64,000 bases of DNA, from NCBI GenBank assembly GCA_012295275.1, contig CM022673.1, forward strand, positions 6,572,001-6,636,000, given 5' to 3'. The notes beneath the pieces were generated by a model. It was not told where the DNA came from. It did not search any database and was given only the letters and a program-made list of their open reading frames with translations. The translations under genes were made by a program, and so were the position numbers. How positions within the stretch are numbered: the first letter of the stretch is position 1; each line of letters begins with the position of its first letter. Below are positions 27,991 to 42,370 of this stretch, piece after piece. The stretch is from Chrysomallon squamiferum. Its lineage: Eukaryota; Animalia; Mollusca.

Positions 27991-28539
27991 TAAAATGTCA
28001 AAAAAAGAAAAAGAAGAAATAAATATCTAAAATATAGATGTCTGAAGGCAGCATTTAAATGTAGTCATATCAGTTACATAAACTGACATAACAAAAAGCT
28101 TACTCATTCTGAGTAATAATACAGACAGTAAAAAAAAAAACAGGTTATCAAAATTAACTAAGAATTGTAAAAAAAAAAAAATAAATAAATAAAAATTACC
28201 AGTAAAAAAATCTGTAGTATACACATTGGTTCCTTTGTGTTTAAGACCAGTCCAATGCAGTCTGTGATACAGATTAAAAATGTATTTATAGATGGGAAAG
28301 AAATAGTTTAATTCTTTGTCTTTTTAAATTATTTATTACTTCTTGATTTAATTTAGAAAATATCCATTTCAAATATCAAACATCAAAAAGAGTAATTGTT
28401 TCAAAAGAAAACTGGATTTATAAATATCTCATAATTAATTCCTGAATTTAAAAAGTTCTAAAAAGAAAAAAAAAGAAAATACAAAATTTAAAAGAAGGAA
28501 GGGAAAAAAGATCACAAGAAAATCTTGATAACGTGAAGA

Positions 28540-28992
28540 AAAATTGTGTTTTTAAATATTTATAACTAATATTTTACAACAAGTGTGTTTTTTAAAATAA
28601 TTTTTAAAAAGTAAAAATGAAAGTAAAAAAAATATCGAAGGTCAGAAAAATAAAGATTAAGTGAAATATTTATAACTAATATTTGACATCAAAAAGGATT
28701 CTTCTTTAATCTTGATTTTTAATTTTAAAAGAAATTTATTTTGGAATAAAAAAAAAAATACAAAAGAGCATAACAAAATTAAAAAAAAAAAAAAATTTTT
28801 TTTTTTTTTTTTTTAAATATTTATAACTAATATTTTACTTCAGAAAGTATGTTTTTTTTTATTTTAAAATAAAAGAATGAAAAAAGTAGCAGAAGAAAAA
28901 AAAAAGAAATGGAAAAAAATAATAATATAACAAAAGGCTATAAGAGAATTTCAAAGGAATAAACGAAAATTGTGTTTTTAAATATTTACGAC
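28540..28992. repeat. Decayed AT-rich repeat, 4 copies of AAATATTTATAACTAATATTT
   Basis: Copies at ~28554, 28664, 28815 and 28980 (partial). Confidence 0.7.
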
Positions 28993-28994
28993 TT

Positions 28995-29480
28995 GTTCCT
29001 TTCATCTTGCTTTCTAAGTATCATCTCATCTATGTTCATCCATCATAATTATATTCTCAAAACATCCTTTCCTCGGTAAAAAGCCGAAAGCTTCAAAAGG
29101 CCGAACATAGTACTTACAAATGAGCACCGAGTGGTGGTCACATGGCACAAACTTCAGACCCAATCCGTAGTTTTTCCCCTCTTAATCAAATCATTTTGAC
29201 AAGACCATTGCAAATGAAGCCCAATTAAATACTGTTGAACATATTTGGGGAAAAGCCGCGGAAATTTGCCACATCCTACGAAAAGCCGTATGAGTATTTT
29301 TAAAAACAGCGAATCTTTAGAATCTTGAGGCATCCTAGGAAATTCGGAGGATCAGGTCGAGGTTTAATAAGCTTCGACTTGATGTGAGACTTTGATGACA
29401 GTTTTAGCCAAAATGGAAATATTTTGAGTCCCGTTGTGTCTATTATTCTGCTGATAGCTTCCTAAAACTAATGCACTGCT
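28995..29480. promoter_or_regulatory. CpG-richer complex island
   Basis: Many CpGs and AAAAGCCG three times (~29078, 29251, 29281). A-rich left flank and ~50-nt poly-T right flank. Confidence 0.3.
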
Positions 29481-29505
29481 TGATGAGGAGATGAAAATTT
29501 TATTT

Positions 29506-29555
<50 letters not shown>

Positions 29556-32500
29556 GTGGGGGGGAGGAAGGAAGGAAAAAAAAAATAAAAGGAAGCAAAT
29601 TAAATGCTGTGAAAGTATTGGTAATTAAGTATGGAGAAATGGGACTGAAAAAAGTGGGGGTATTAAAAGAGTCTGGAAAGGTGAAGAACTAGAAAAAAAG
29701 AGATGTAAAAAAAAGAGAATTAGAGAGAGAGAAAGGATGGGACTGAAAGACAGAAAGATGTCAAGAGAAATATTAAGAGTTAGAGTGCGATAGAGATAAT
29801 TTATGCAGAATTAGAGAGGGAAATGAAAGTATGTGAGATAAAAAAGAAAGAAGACAAAGTAAAAGATAATCTCTGAAGATGGAGAGAGAGAGAGATAGAT
29901 GGAAGGAAAGAGTGAAAAAAGACAAAAGCAGATGCTCTAAGTGTAAGTGAAAGGAAAGGAGAACTTCATGATGGTACCAGACCAAATCAGTTGCTCTGTG
30001 TTTTTGTACAACTTGTCTTATTTTTCTAAAAATCCATTTGCACTTAAGAGATTTGTTATCTTTTTAAAGGATTTGTTGTGTTTTTTGGCTACATCCCAAA
30101 ACTTCTAGAATTTAGTTTTTCTTGGATTTGATAAGTGAATTAATTTGTTCTTACAAAAAGATTTTCAAGGACAGTTGTTCTCTTTGTATCTGAGTTTGCC
30201 TTTTTTATATCTTGAACAAATAGGACATTGTACTTTCAAAAAAAAAAAAAAATCTTTTAGCTGTTTTGATTTTATAAAAATTAATAAACCATATATCCAC
30301 TCAGCAGACAAACTAAATAAATCATTAAAAAAAAAAAAAATTCTCTCAAACAATCAGCGTAATTGAGTTTACAAAATTAGATTATCCATTTCACGAAAAC
30401 CTTTCTCTAAAAAACAACAACACAAAAACAAAATCACAATCATCACAAAGTCTTGAACACTGATCCTAATGGAGGGCTTAATGTGCAGTCCGGCGAAGAA
30501 TTAACCCTTTGACAGCTTAATGCAGAACTTAATCTAGTTTTTACCCGCTGATCAAATTATATTTCTGCAATATACCATTTGAAAGTTGCACTCTGATGGA
30601 TGCTCACTGTGCGTTAGAAATACGTAAGCCTGTATCCTCTCCAGTTTCATGGGGAATCCTGCAAGCTGAAACTCCAGGCAGGACAGAGATCATTTTTATA
30701 AGAGACCCCAGAGTCACTTGTGTAAACACACAGTCACGGAAAAAGGCGTGATGATGCTGAAAAAATAATCCCAGTAAGAGAAAGTCAACAGCAAGGCCAT
30801 TTCACTTGCCCCTTGCAGTTTAACTCCGTTTTAACTCCACTTTAATATTCGTGTTATAAGACTGGGAGAGAAGGGAATGGAGGAGGATGTGGAATAGTCA
30901 GCAGCTTTTGGGGAGACTGGGGGTTTTTAAAAAAATTATTATTCTGTCTAATATTTGTGTCAAAAGGTTGGGTAGATTATTAGTGGTTTTGTGGGTCTGG
31001 ATTGATTCTATTTTAATATTCTTGTTATGAGACTGGGATGGAGGGTGTGCAATTTTCAGGGTCCAGTTTTTCTCACTCTTTAATTTGGTGGAATAGATTG
31101 AAGCAATTTAATGAAAGATAAACATAGGAGACAGGAGTGTTTTCAGTTTGTATAAATTACATGTAAAACTGAAACAATTTGATTTAGTTTATTTTTTTTT
31201 TTTTTTTTTTTTTTACATTTTGTATTTATTTTATTTTAAAGGAAAGGTGGTGAAAAATGCTTGATTGCTCCAATTTAAATAAATGTAAAAATTAAATAAA
31301 ATTTTATAATTGTGATAACATAATGATGACACTCATCAAATCCATCCCTTTTGTCTTGTTAATTTGAGCAATTCCAAAAATTTAACAAAAAAGCTGTCAA
31401 ATATTTTTTTTTTTTTGGTGGACCCAGTATTAAAGTAATTATTTTAAGCTATTTAAGCTAATTTGTAGAAATTATTCCTAACATACTTCCATAAGATTCA
31501 CCACAGTCAAATTATTAACTAAATAAAATCGTTCAGGTCTGAATAGGTCCATCTGGTACTAGGGTGCTCCCATTAGTTAGGAGGGAATTCGCTGAAGAAG
31601 CAGAACACTAATCACTAAACAACAAGGTCTGTGTTATTTCGAGTTAATGGGACACCCAATTTTCTCAAAAAGACTTCAAAATTAAGAACAAATTTTTGCA
31701 AATGAAATGAACACAAAATCAATTTTTACTCCATCACCATTGTGAAATCTTAGGGAAACACTCGGAAAATACTCGAGCATTGCACGGTTCTGGTGTGTAA
31801 ATCCTTGACTCCTGATTTGGTCAGGAAGAAAGGGGAAAAAATTAGTGTAACACCAACAATACCCCCGTCAATATGTGACTCATCGAAAATTTAATTCCGA
31901 TGGGCAGAGGGCACTTTTAGTGCATCGGCCCCGGTATCCTCGACAATTGTGATTTGTTGCACAAGTGGCATCATTTGTTAATATCACCAGTTGAAATCGC
32001 TGGCTGTGAAATGAACTAAATAAACATTGTTGCAGAAAAAGAAAGGCAAATAGGACGAGTAACACTGGCCTTTAGACCTTTTTTTTTTTTTTTTTTTAAT
32101 GTTTTATTTTATTCTGTTGTGTTTGCCTGTGATTTTTATTTTGAAAACTCTTCAAGACCAACTTTTGTTTGTACAATGCACTGGCTTTCATTTCTCTCTT
32201 TATTTAAGGAGTTTTTTTTTTTTTTTTTTTTTAATTCTTAAAATCTTGCGTTTTATTTTCTTTCTTTTTTTTTTTATTAAATGTAAATTTTGCTTAATCA
32301 TAATGGAAGTAATCGACTGGGGTAATAATGGGATTGCAGTAATATGAAAAATAAAATAAATAAAAATTTGTATTATAAAAATATTTGGAGTAAGAATTTG
32401 ATTAAACAAAAAAATAAGTTTATGAAGATTCTTTTTTTTTTTTATAATAAATAAATAATTTTTAACAAAATTAAAAGAAAAAGAAGAAAGAAAAGTAAAA

Positions 32501-32594
32501 AACCATGATAAAATGCATGCCAATAAGGTACTATAACATGTATTAACTTATTACAGATTTAGTTGGGAAAGGATAACTGAATATCCTTACACAA

Positions 32595-32625
<31 letters not shown>

Positions 32626-32736
32626 ATGCAGCATGCATAGTTATGCATTTTTATTCTATTATATGCATGCACTTACACTAATAGACATACAGAAACACAC
32701 ATACATCTATACTACAATAAATACATGTTATACTAC

Positions 32737-32774
<38 letters not shown>

Positions 32775-34399
32775 TATTCATCTTTATTACAATAAATACC
32801 ACACTAATACCTCACTGACTTCTAACACATTTCCTAAAACCCATGGATCTGAGAAAACACGTTAATCTTAAGCTGTTAATAACACATAAAGCTCTATGTC
32901 CATACATGCATGATTACGCACAATAATACCAATTGTGTGCACATCAGGCCTTCATTTGTATGCAGGAGTTTTTCGTTTGATCTCACTGCACAATACAATT
33001 CCATTGTCTGCAAACCATCTTGTCATTCATTATTAATTTTCTCATTTTGTCTTCATTCATCCAGCAATGGAAGATGCTTTCTCATTCAGTGCTCTTTGAA
33101 TACCTTTGTCTTCCACAATATTGACAAACATATGCATATTTGATTATTACATATACCTATGATAACGACAATACTATAACTGGTATTGTTATGTGGTGAT
33201 TTTGCTTCTATGTTTGAATGAATTATGGTTATATAATTAGTTTGTACTGGCTTCTTAAGAGTCATTTTTTTTCGGGCGGGGGGGTTTAAAAGATTTCTTG
33301 GCTTGTTAAAATGTGTTTTGTTAAGATATTTTTGGTTGGACTAGCGTTTTGAAAAGATCCTTTGAAAATATCTTCATACTGGCAAAGTGAAACATTGTTT
33401 CATTTATGTCAATTCATAGTTTCTTAATTTGATGTTTCTTTTTGTAGAACTTTTTTTAATACCAAATCTTTTATTTATTGTGTGTAAAGGTTTCTTAATG
33501 TTTAAATAATCAATTTTTTTTTTGTTTTCATATATTTTACCTTTTAAGTTGAAACATTTTTTTTTTTTTAGTATAAATATTGGCATTGATTTTGAATATA
33601 CGTAATTTGTGATATAACAATCATTATTCCTGTTTTTCATCTTTTTAAAATGTAACTTTAAATAAATATGATTTTATGAAAATTTAAAATTAACAATAAA
33701 ACAAACATGGAATATATATGTGTATATATATATATATCTTTCTACATACCTATCTATCTATCATCTGCACATACATTTACCATATGCTTAAGTAAGAGAG
33801 AATGTTATCAAAGAAATATGAAAGAGAAGGGAAAAAATTATAGACATTTACAAGATATCTTTTTCACACATTTTCACTAATAAATAATCTTCAATTTACT
33901 TGTATTAAAATAAATGTCCCATAACTAAACACAGCTCTGTGTTAACAAATGACGTTTGTGGTAATCTTCTAACAATTAACGTCATTCAGTTTGTTTTTTC
34001 TTAATTTCATCACCAGTCGCCTTTTTTTTTTTTTATGGCACCCATTGACTTCATAGAATTCTTCAATATTTGACAGGAAGAAACTAATAGAATTGTTAAT
34101 AGAAGAGGTTTTTTTTTTTTTTTTTTTTTTTTTTTGTGCAATAATTTTTTGTAAGCGTCATTGCATCTGGACTTTCAGTTGAATTAACTAAAACATTAAA
34201 ACAGATGGAAAGAGCATATGTGGTGGAGATGGGCTTTAGGCTGTTTTGTGGGGCTGCATGTGACATGAATTTAGCTGGAATATGGTAATAGTGAATGTGC
34301 TCTTTTTGTTCTAATATTCATGATGGAATTTGAAAATATAAATGTAGGAAAATATAGGGATGAGTAAAAATCATTTAATTTTGAAGGAACTTTTGTCTA

Positions 34400-34590
<191 letters not shown>

Positions 34591-34739
34591 CCTAGCTATC
34601 TATCTACAGATCTATAAATCTCAACCTTACTATTTTTCTATCCTCTCTCCCTCCTTCACTTAACATGTTCTCCAAGAATATTTCTTTTTATGTGTTTTTT
34701 TTTTTCACTTATGAATTGAAAATTAAGTGATAAAATATT

Positions 34740-35030
34740 CCACTCTTCTTCGAATGTGGTGGGATGAGGATTATGAAGAAAATCTCATCGAAGACTAAGC
34801 TGCGATTTTGCGCAACTTGACAGTATTTTGACTACTTTTATCACTTGTGTTTGACACACTGGATAAAGCTTGTTGCGTGTTGTGGGATTAAAGCATCTAA
34901 TTGACTCCAGTCGACAGCCAGAACGGGTCGCAAGGTGAAACCGCAAGCCTTCAGAATTAATAAAGTAGCACCAGTGGATTTCGTTTTTATAAGCATATCG
35001 GAAAAAGACACCGGAGACTGAATGTTTTGG
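34740..35030. promoter_or_regulatory. CpG-rich island
   Basis: About a dozen CpGs in 290 bp against a CpG-poor background. C/EBP palindrome TTGCGCAA ~34808 and TGACAG. Confidence 0.35.
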
Positions 35031-35284
35031 TGTATTTTCCTTTCTTGTTTTTTTTTTCTGCTCATCAGGGGATAAAAAAAATTGTTAAAAATAAAAAAAA
35101 AAAAAAGTAAAAATCAGGTTGCAGAATATTTGTTTTTACAAAAAGATGAAAATTTGAAGTTTGATATGGGGTGACTCATATGACACACGTTTTGTTAATA
35201 ATGAACTTTGTGCAGAGTAATTGAGAATTGTGTCAATATTAATGAAAATATTTGTCAAATGTTGATCACTGAAGTTAATATAAT

Positions 35285-35323
<39 letters not shown>

Positions 35324-36514
35324 AAAATGGCCAGAAATGAAATAGAAAAATGGTTTTAAATTTTTTTTAAATTATCTTCTTTTTTCTTATTAAATTTTAT
35401 TTTTTTTACCATTATTGAAATATGCTTTCTAATGAGTGATAATGAATAGGGTGACAAAATTTCAGAATCCTTCATGTTCCCTAGAGCCATTAAACCAATC
35501 TCATCTTATAATTAAATTGTCCAAGCACATCTGTTATGGACAAGATATTGTAATTAAATTATCATAGACTATTAATTTACAATTATAAAACAAACATTAA
35601 ATATTCCAATAAAATACTGATATAAAATATATATTATATAAGCTGCCAGTGCTGTCTAGTTTGATGTTCATGTACTAATGTTATGGGCAAGATGTCAGAT
35701 AAAAACTGGTTATCACTTTGTTTGGTTTATTAAAGGCTTTATATGTTTTATCCTGTCTATGAGAGGGTGCATATAACAGATACTTTCATGCTGAATGAAA
35801 AACAATAGCCCACTGAAATAGTAACATCACAGGTTTTCTCTCCTTACTGGATTTTTTAATATTAATTATTATTATTAGCTTCTTTTTTTTTTTTTTTTTT
35901 TTACAGATTTACGATTCTTTATCAGCACAGATTTATAATATCAAGTGTATCATTAAATAAAATATTTCTTTCTGTATTTGTTATTTTAAAAAAAAAAAAA
36001 AAAAATTACAAACCATTAAAATCAGTACATATTCTCTTCATACAGAGCATAATTGTAGAAACTTGACTTGTGCAATCTCTTACAATCTGACAAAAACGTA
36101 CAGGTGATAAGTAAAGTGCTGTTAGATACATTCTTGCCACTTTTTGCCTGTTCTCTGAGTATTTATGCAATCTTGTTACACACCTTTCATTTTTGTACAC
36201 CTGTTGTAAATGTTTCCTCAATGTGTTAATTATTTTGTTTGTATTAATAAGTGGAAACAGATGTTGGATAAGATATATTTAGATTTTATTTGATGTTATC
36301 AGTGCTGTGGTTTATGTCAGAATATATTAGATTATTAAATGAGTTGATTATTTAATAAATATATCAGATAAAATTAATGTATGTGTGTGTGTGTGCTTGT
36401 ATTACATCAATTTTAAATTTTACACCTTATTAATAAATTAATACACACCACATAACAAGCTTACAAAGTAAAGAGGAAAAAAAAAAGCAAAACAATAAAA
36501 TTAAATAAAAAGTC

Positions 36515-36551
<37 letters not shown>

Positions 36552-36899
36552 ATGCATTTTACAAAGGTAATAATAAATAACATTACTTCATGCAGGACAC
36601 TCTGTAAGAACACAAACCTACCCACAAAATAAATAAATAAATAATAATAATAAAAACAACAAACGCAACAACAACAACAACAACAACAACATTATATAAT
36701 CACTCACATAATAAACCACATGCCTCCTCAAAATGGCTTCTAGTTAAATGTATAAGTTAACAAACACTGTAATATATCGTATATCAAAATCTGTTATTCC
36801 AGCCCATTTGCCACACATTTATTTTACAACAATTATATCTATATCAGAGTTGGAAGTGTCAGTTTTGATTCAGCTCTTTGTTGAAAATTGGTGCTGATG

Positions 36900-37545
36900 G
36901 TTGTTGTAATTGGACTGACATCAGACCACTTTGCTTTGATATAAAGGAAGTTTGCTAATTCACAGTCAGTGGAACTTTCACATGTAAACATATCGGTTTC
37001 ATTTTCACAAATTAACCAGCTAGTGGTAATTCTGTGGTTGAAGCTACCAGTTTTAAGGTTGTTAGGTCTTGGTTTCAAATCCTGGGACTGGCATTTACCC
37101 ATAATTACAATAATTAGATTGATACAAAAAACCACATTTTATTATTAATAAAAAGAAATTGTGTCATGTAAGACATCAGTTTCATTTTCACAAATCAACC
37201 AATTTTATTAATTCTTTGGTTAAGCTACCAGTCTTATGGTTCCTGAGGCTTTGGTTTCAAATCCTTGAATACACTCTTACCCACAGTTCGAATAATTGGA
37301 CTGACACAAACCCACTTCACCATTAATAAAAAAAAATTCTGTGATTCTGTACTTAAGCCTTTAATCTTAAGATTTGTTAGGAGATGGTTTAAAATCTGGG
37401 TACCAATGCCTACCCAGAATTTGAAATTAATAAAAAGACATTCTGCCATATAAGACATTTTCAAAAGAGAACCAACTTCACTAGTTGTGTGGTTAAACCA
37501 TCAGTCTTACGGTTCGTTAGGTCTTGATTTCAGATGTGTTAAAAT
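36900..37545 (+). repeat. ~185 bp tandem array whose unit contains a tRNA-derived SINE head, 3-4 copies
   Basis: GTTTCATTTTCACAAAT at 36996 and 37179. TGGTT(G)AAGCTACCAGT...GGTTTCAAATCC at ~37035 and ~37217, with decayed copies at ~37350 and ~37490. Confidence 0.7.
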
Positions 37546-37574
37546 CACTGGAATTGGAAATTACATGTTTGATA

Positions 37575-37650
37575 CACTGATAAGGATTGAACTCGTGACC
37601 TACCACGTTCCATCTGAGCGCTCTATCACTGCCTTTCAGCCCACTCCTTA
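37575..37650 (-). mobile_element. Decayed tRNA-derived SINE head
   Basis: GGATTGAACTC is a reverse B-box. GAGCGCTCTATCACTG reads CAGTGATAGAGCGCTC on the minus strand (A-box region). Confidence 0.6.
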
Positions 37651-38559
37651 TTTTCTCAGTGCCAGGCTCGCAGATAGTTAAATGATTTATATAAATATGG
37701 AGCACTTTGTCTAGACAACATAATGTCCATATGATTGAGAGATTCAACATTTTGTACAAATAATCAACAGTAAGAGATTAATGGTGTTTGAGACAGGCAG
37801 GGGAGTAGTGGGTTTGTATCATAGCATTTCACTGTTTGATAGTGTCACTGAAGAGTCAGAATTAGTAGAGATGTGCATTGGGCGAGCTGTTAAATTATAT
37901 TTCAAATTTTTAAAGGTGTTTAAAGACAAGAAATCGTTATATGAATGTAAAGGGTGGGGAGTTTTATATTTTGTAATTTTGATGTTACTTCAGGATGTGT
38001 GTGTGTGTGTGTGTGTTTGTGAGAGAAAGTGAGAGAGAGAGAGAGAGTGAGAGAGCGAGTTAGTCAGTGGGTGACAGTATTATGTGAGGACCAGAGTAAG
38101 AATTATGTACACACATTTTTGATAATTATATTTGAAATTTAAGGAATAAATCAAGTGTCAGACACTCATGTAATTTCTCAATCTAACTAAGTTAGTAATA
38201 ATCCATATTTCACTTTACCAAGTTTGTGAGATATGCATTTTTCTATTTGTGTGTACTCACATACATGTTGGAATTGACTTCATTCATTTTCATTAATTCT
38301 TCATTTTATTTCACTATCCGGAACCTAATTTTAATCAGACCATCATGAAAGATTTCAGACATTTTAGATTTAATAACAGTAACATTGTTTTATTCTTGTC
38401 TGAGATTAAGAAACAACTTAAAATCACAGAGATTTTAAAAAAATAAAAAAGATAAAAAGGAAGAAATAAAAAAAAAGGACTGAAAAGAAAAGAATTGGGC
38501 AGGAATAAAAAAAATCATTAAAATTTTGTAAAAACACAAAGAATTAAAATTCACATGGT

Positions 38560-38800
38560 GTGTGCAGTGTGAATACATCAGAGGAGAATTTTGCTAATGA
38601 GACAAAGTGGAAGAAGGAGAATGAAAATATTCATCAATATTTGAGTGAATTATTTAATCAGCTGCCATTAGCTGTCAATCGAATAGTAATTAAAAAATGA
38701 AATTTAATTATGTAACAGATTGTTTGTTTGAAAATATCTCAACTTCACGTTAAAATTGGCAGTAATTAGTTGGTCTTGTAATTTAGATGTTACGAGTCAA
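38560..38800. promoter_or_regulatory. Homeodomain/TALE-motif island, candidate CNE
   Basis: TAATCAGCTGCCATTAGCTGTCAATC at 38655-38680 (E-box plus 9/10 match to Pbx-Meis TGATTGACAG). TAATTA three times. Confidence 0.4.
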
Positions 38801-39159
38801 AGACAAAGACTTAAATAAATAATATAAAATAATTAAATCTAATATAATATAATATAATTAATTTAAAAAAAGCATTTTATGTTAACTGGTCTACCATCTT
38901 TCTATTGCATTATTAAGAAGATGACTGTTTTTCATAGTCCTTTTTTCGTAAGTTGTTCTGCTGTTAAATTGAGTGTCCTTTTAAATATTACAAATGGATT
39001 TTGAGTACATTAGATGCTGTATAATAAGGTGTCTTTTGTAAACAGTTTTTTTTTTCACTGAATTAGCATATGCATATATGTGTGTGCATGTCTGTGTCTG
39101 CATGTGAGTGTGCTTGTCTTCCAGCCTGCCTGCCTTTATGAAAATGTGTCTGTATATAT

Positions 39160-39167
39160 TTGTGTAT

Positions 39168-39222
<55 letters not shown>

Positions 39223-39265
39223 GTGTGTGTGTGTGTCTGTGTCGTTTTGTGTGTGTGTGTCTGTA

Positions 39266-39296
<31 letters not shown>

Positions 39297-39322
39297 CTGT
39301 GTGTGTGTGTGTGTGTGTGTGT
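39160..39322. repeat. Long (GT)n tract
   Basis: Directly visible. Confidence 0.95.
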
Positions 39323-41336
39323 AGTATTTCTGTATGGATGTATAAACTATTGTAGAAAGGTAATTAAACTATTTTCAAGTAGTAATCCACTCAATGTTCA
39401 GGTCCAGTGTCTGCATTGATCTGCTTAGAGAAACACAACAGACCATCAAAAAAAAGCCTTGTGAAACGAGAATAACAAGCTGATTTAAATCGAGATGATC
39501 ACGCCTCGCTGACCACGAGCAGTCACGCATGAGTGGAGATGTTTGGATACAGTTAGTGTATTTACAAGAAAACATTTGCCAGAGGAGTGTACACTGAAAA
39601 ACCTGCAGACAGGATTCACCTGCCAAATTCACTTATTTGTTCGAGAGGGTTAATTTTGTTAACATATTCATTATTAAATATTGCTTCTTTTTTTTTTTTT
39701 TTTTTTTTCTTTTTTTATATATATATATATAACAATTTTCAAAAAATCATTTTTTGACTTTGGTTTGAATGAAAGAATTTGTTATCGTGTCAAATCCCAA
39801 GCCTGGATTAAACTGCGGAAGTGTGCGGTACACATGACTTATTGATCGCATATTTTGTTTTTCGAGGGTAAATTAATATGAGATTGGCAGTGCCAAGAAC
39901 AAGCTGCTTTCATTAACTTCGTCTTATACTAATCCTTAAATTCTTAGTCCACGCACAAGTTTTTTGAAAAAAAATAGAAAGAAATCTCTTTTATTGGCAA
40001 ATGGAAACCATTTTGTTTTGCTTAAAATTAAGTGATTCCAAAAAAAAAAAAAAATTTTGTAAGCATTATTTTATATTTCATTTTATTGCTGTTTTACTTG
40101 AGGTTAATGCAAGGTTGGTGGTTTTCTTTTCTTTCTTTCTTTTTTTTCTCTTATTTTTTTAAAAATTATTTATCTGGCAGTTTAATGTTAATGATAGGGG
40201 AATAAAGCCACTGAAAGTTCAAACGTGTGTTGTGCTGCTGGGTCTTTTATGTTTTTTATTTGTTGTAAAGACTTGACAGCCATACCAGGTTGAAGGAATT
40301 TTATTCAATTTAATTTTATCAGGTCTTTCTTCAAAATATATTAGTTTAGTAATCAAATTTTTAGCACTATTTATTTTTCAATCAATCATTTAATATTTAT
40401 ATATTATAATTGATAATTTTTTAAAAATTTTATTATTTTTTGTTTGAATTAAATTCTCCTTCATTTAGTTCTTTAACTTGTGTTTTTCAGTTATACAGTA
40501 TTCATTTTCAGTTTTATTTTCATTTTCATTTTGGATTTTTTAGTTATAAAACATGAAATAATTAGCATGGTAGCTGCAGTATTTCTGCCACTGAACACTG
40601 GTACCAATGTATTTATGTATCCTGTTACTAACCACCCAGGCAGATGCAAAATAACAACAAATCATTTCATGACTCATTAATTTTCTAACCACCCACCCCA
40701 CCATTACTGTCCTGGCAGGCAGCCATTTTGCTACATCTGCCATGTTCCCTGTGGGCTTTGTTTTGTTCACTGATACAATTTTGTCACTGTCACATTCGAT
40801 GATTCATTTGTATCAAACCAATCACCATACATTTTATTTTAAAACAAAATTTTGATTTTAATTTTAATTTTAATTTTTTTTTTTTTTTATATAATGGATT
40901 AAGTGCAATTCCACTGGTACCATCATGGTTCTTCTTCTTACAATTCATCATCATGTTCAACACACTTGAAGTTCCAGTCGAGCGAGTAATATCCCATGAT
41001 GCCTCAGTATTCACCAGCATGTACAGCCAGGCTTGTGGACGTTGTTTCACAAAGCTTTCGCAAACAGAACGATGGAAGGCCAATATTTACCTGACAGTAC
41101 TAATATTGTCACAAATTTACTCTTCATCCCACCATTTGTTGTCTTGTTTATGATACATTAGTTCAAAACAAAAGGACTCAGGGTTGTCTCCCTTTGTCAT
41201 ATTGCAAATGCAAGTGACCAAGGACTTCAGTTCAAATATTGTTGTGGAGTGAAATTATGTTTAAATGATCAAAGCCGATTATAATTTTTATATCTTGAAT
41301 TTGTTTTTCTGAATAAAAGAAAATTGGCTTGACTAT

Positions 41337-41600
41337 TAGGATTGTTTTGTTAATTTATTTGTGCAGTATATACAAACAGACTTCATATTTTTTTTCCCCA
41401 TTGTAACCATCTATAAACAGCTTTTGCTTTTAAATAGTGTCCAAGTATATTGTTTTTATTGAAAGAGGTATGTGAGAGGAAAAAACCTCTAGGATTCATT
41501 TTGTTAATTTATTTATACAAACAGACCTCACATTCTTTTCCCATTCTAACCATCTATAAAGAGCTGTTGATTTTAGTAGTGTCCCTACATACAGTTTTTA
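41337..41600. repeat. ~150 bp tandem duplication
   Basis: TAGGATT..TTTTGTTAATTTATTT..TATACAAACAGAC..CCCATT.TAACCATCTATAAA..TAGTGTCC at ~41337 and ~41490. Confidence 0.85.
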
Positions 41601-42179
41601 TATAAAGATGATATATAAACAGTGACATCGTAATGAGGGGTTACTCCTATCAATAAACAGCAATGCATCTTAATAACAAAAAACACTTTCTATGAAAACA
41701 GTGTTAGCAAATATGGTATTTTTTGTTTCCTTATTTTATATATCATTATTTCACTAGCGAATTTTTTTTTTTGATACATGTAGTATCTGACAGTCAGCTG
41801 CCAATTACTATAACCATACTGAAGGTAGAAATGAAGAAAAATGAGTCTGAAGAAGATGATAAAAAAAGAAGAAAAATTACTTTAACAGTACTGGCTAATT
41901 GTGTGGATAAGAACACTGACAGAATCATATTAATAGAACCAGCAAAGCAATAAACTATCATTAAAATTAAATTGAATTGATTTGATATTGACAAAATGTC
42001 CAGCCCAGATAACATACCAATATTTTTTTTTTTTTTTTTTTATTATAATGATAATAATAATAATAATAATAATTCTGTTTTGATCAATTTTTTAAAACTG
42101 GATTGGAATATTTTTTTCTGTGATGTTTTGGTGGATTTTTTTTCCTATTCTACATCTGTTATTATTTCTTTTTACATGA

Positions 42180-42370
42180 TTTCTACTCCTGCCATTAGTA
42201 CTACTACTACTGCAATTATTATTGCTACCATTACAACTGCTACTACTGCAGCTACTGCAATTATCACTGCTGCCCATAACACTACAACTACAATTACCAC
42301 AGCAACTGCTGCTGATGCTGCTACTACTGCTACTGCTGTTACTACTACTGCTATCACTACTACTATTGCA
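42180..42370. repeat. Degenerate (ACT/GCT)n tract
   Basis: Source of the T/A-rich ORF 41996-42394. Confidence 0.85.

Noticed and set aside
28781-28815. A15-T19 hairpin/terminator
   Set aside because: Adjacent homopolymers are expected in this composition, and the lengths may be assembly-dependent.
30600-30756. Minus-strand open frame after an acceptor-like TTTTTTCAG
   Set aside because: It runs into a stop after ~50 codons, has no good donor, and encodes no recognisable peptide.
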